From: Octopus bimaculoides
Lineage: Eukaryota
Direction of reading: 5' to 3'
Length of the DNA: 32,378 nt
Assembly (NCBI RefSeq): GCF_001194135.2
Contig: NC_068989.1
Span: 71,946,439-71,978,816, forward strand
Each line of letters begins with the position of its first letter. Within the stretch, counting starts at the first letter, position 1. The notes under the pieces were generated by a model. That model searched no databases. It saw only the letters and a list, made by a program, of their open reading frames with translations, and was not told where the DNA came from. The position numbers and the translations under genes are program-made. This document shows, one piece after another, positions 31,711 through 32,378 of this stretch.

Positions 31711-31851
31711 CAAGGCCTGAAATTTTATCGACCCCCAAAGGGATGAAAAGCAAAGTCATCCTCAGCGGACTTTGAACACAGAACGTAGCGGCAGATTTAA
31801 TACCGCTAAGCATTTCACCTCGTGTGCTAACGATTCTGTTAGCTCGCCGCC
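31711..31851 (-). mobile_element. Family 1 SINE with an internal deletion
   Basis: The reverse complement starts GGCGGCGAGCTAACAGAATCGTTAGCAC and keeps the central block. Confidence 0.85.
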
Positions 31852-32378
31852 GTAGGTATAATACAAAACAATATAAAATAAGACTGTAAAAAATAGGATA
31901 ACATAAATTTTAATAGTTTATGCAGAAGTTATATACATGGAGTTGAGTTACATTTTATATATATTTAGTGGAAAGTGGGTTATACATCATTAGATGTATA
32001 CCTGACTTTCCTATATAAAATTAAGAATTAACGGAACGCTGAACTCCAGACTATCAACACAAACAACATTTATTCAAGGTGGAAAATATGTATCTTTAGC
32101 TCTTGTTTGTTGAGACGTCTTCTGTGTGTGTGAGCATGGTTGTTGGCATGTAGATGTGAGCGAGCTGTCTAGCGTAAGTTCGAAAGATGGAGAGAGAGAG
32201 CTAAACACGTCCTTGCTCAATCGCTGGCCAGCAAGAAAGAGACAGAATGAAGCGGGAAAGCTTGGTTGTTGAATTCCACGCATGCGTGAGACTACGCATG
32301 CGCACGGCGTTACTACACACACACATATATATATATATATATGGATGGATGTATATGCTATACCATTATTTCTCAGTT

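Overview
This is eukaryotic, AT-rich genomic DNA with many microsatellites and nine N-gaps. The SINE families, (TA)n/(ATT)n tracts and retroelements look like an octopus (coleoid cephalopod) draft assembly; that is recognition from memory, not a database result. One host gene is supported: a + strand multi-exon MFS transporter of the SLC16/monocarboxylate-transporter type. Its exons are at about 20651/20665-20864, 23060-24121 and 26309-26522/26538, with a possible short first coding exon at 13036-13073; the expected TM3-TM4 exon is not visible and probably lies in a gap. Most of the remainder is decayed mobile DNA: L1/Tx1-like LINEs chained head-to-tail with tRNA-derived SINEs (941-9110, 11791-12897), two R4/Dong-like RLE LINE pieces, CORE-type SINEs, MITE-like hairpins and Penelope-like termini. 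The most notable signals are (i) a near-canonical minimal hammerhead ribozyme motif at 29488-29533 (-), with several decayed relatives; (ii) a 561-bp palindrome at 19705-20265 carrying two outward-facing tRNA-like Pol III units with terminators; (iii) a SINE 3' tail resembling the local Tx1-like LINE 3' end; and (iv) a divergent SLC16 protein. Most long ORFs in the supplied track are artefacts of gaps or microsatellites.
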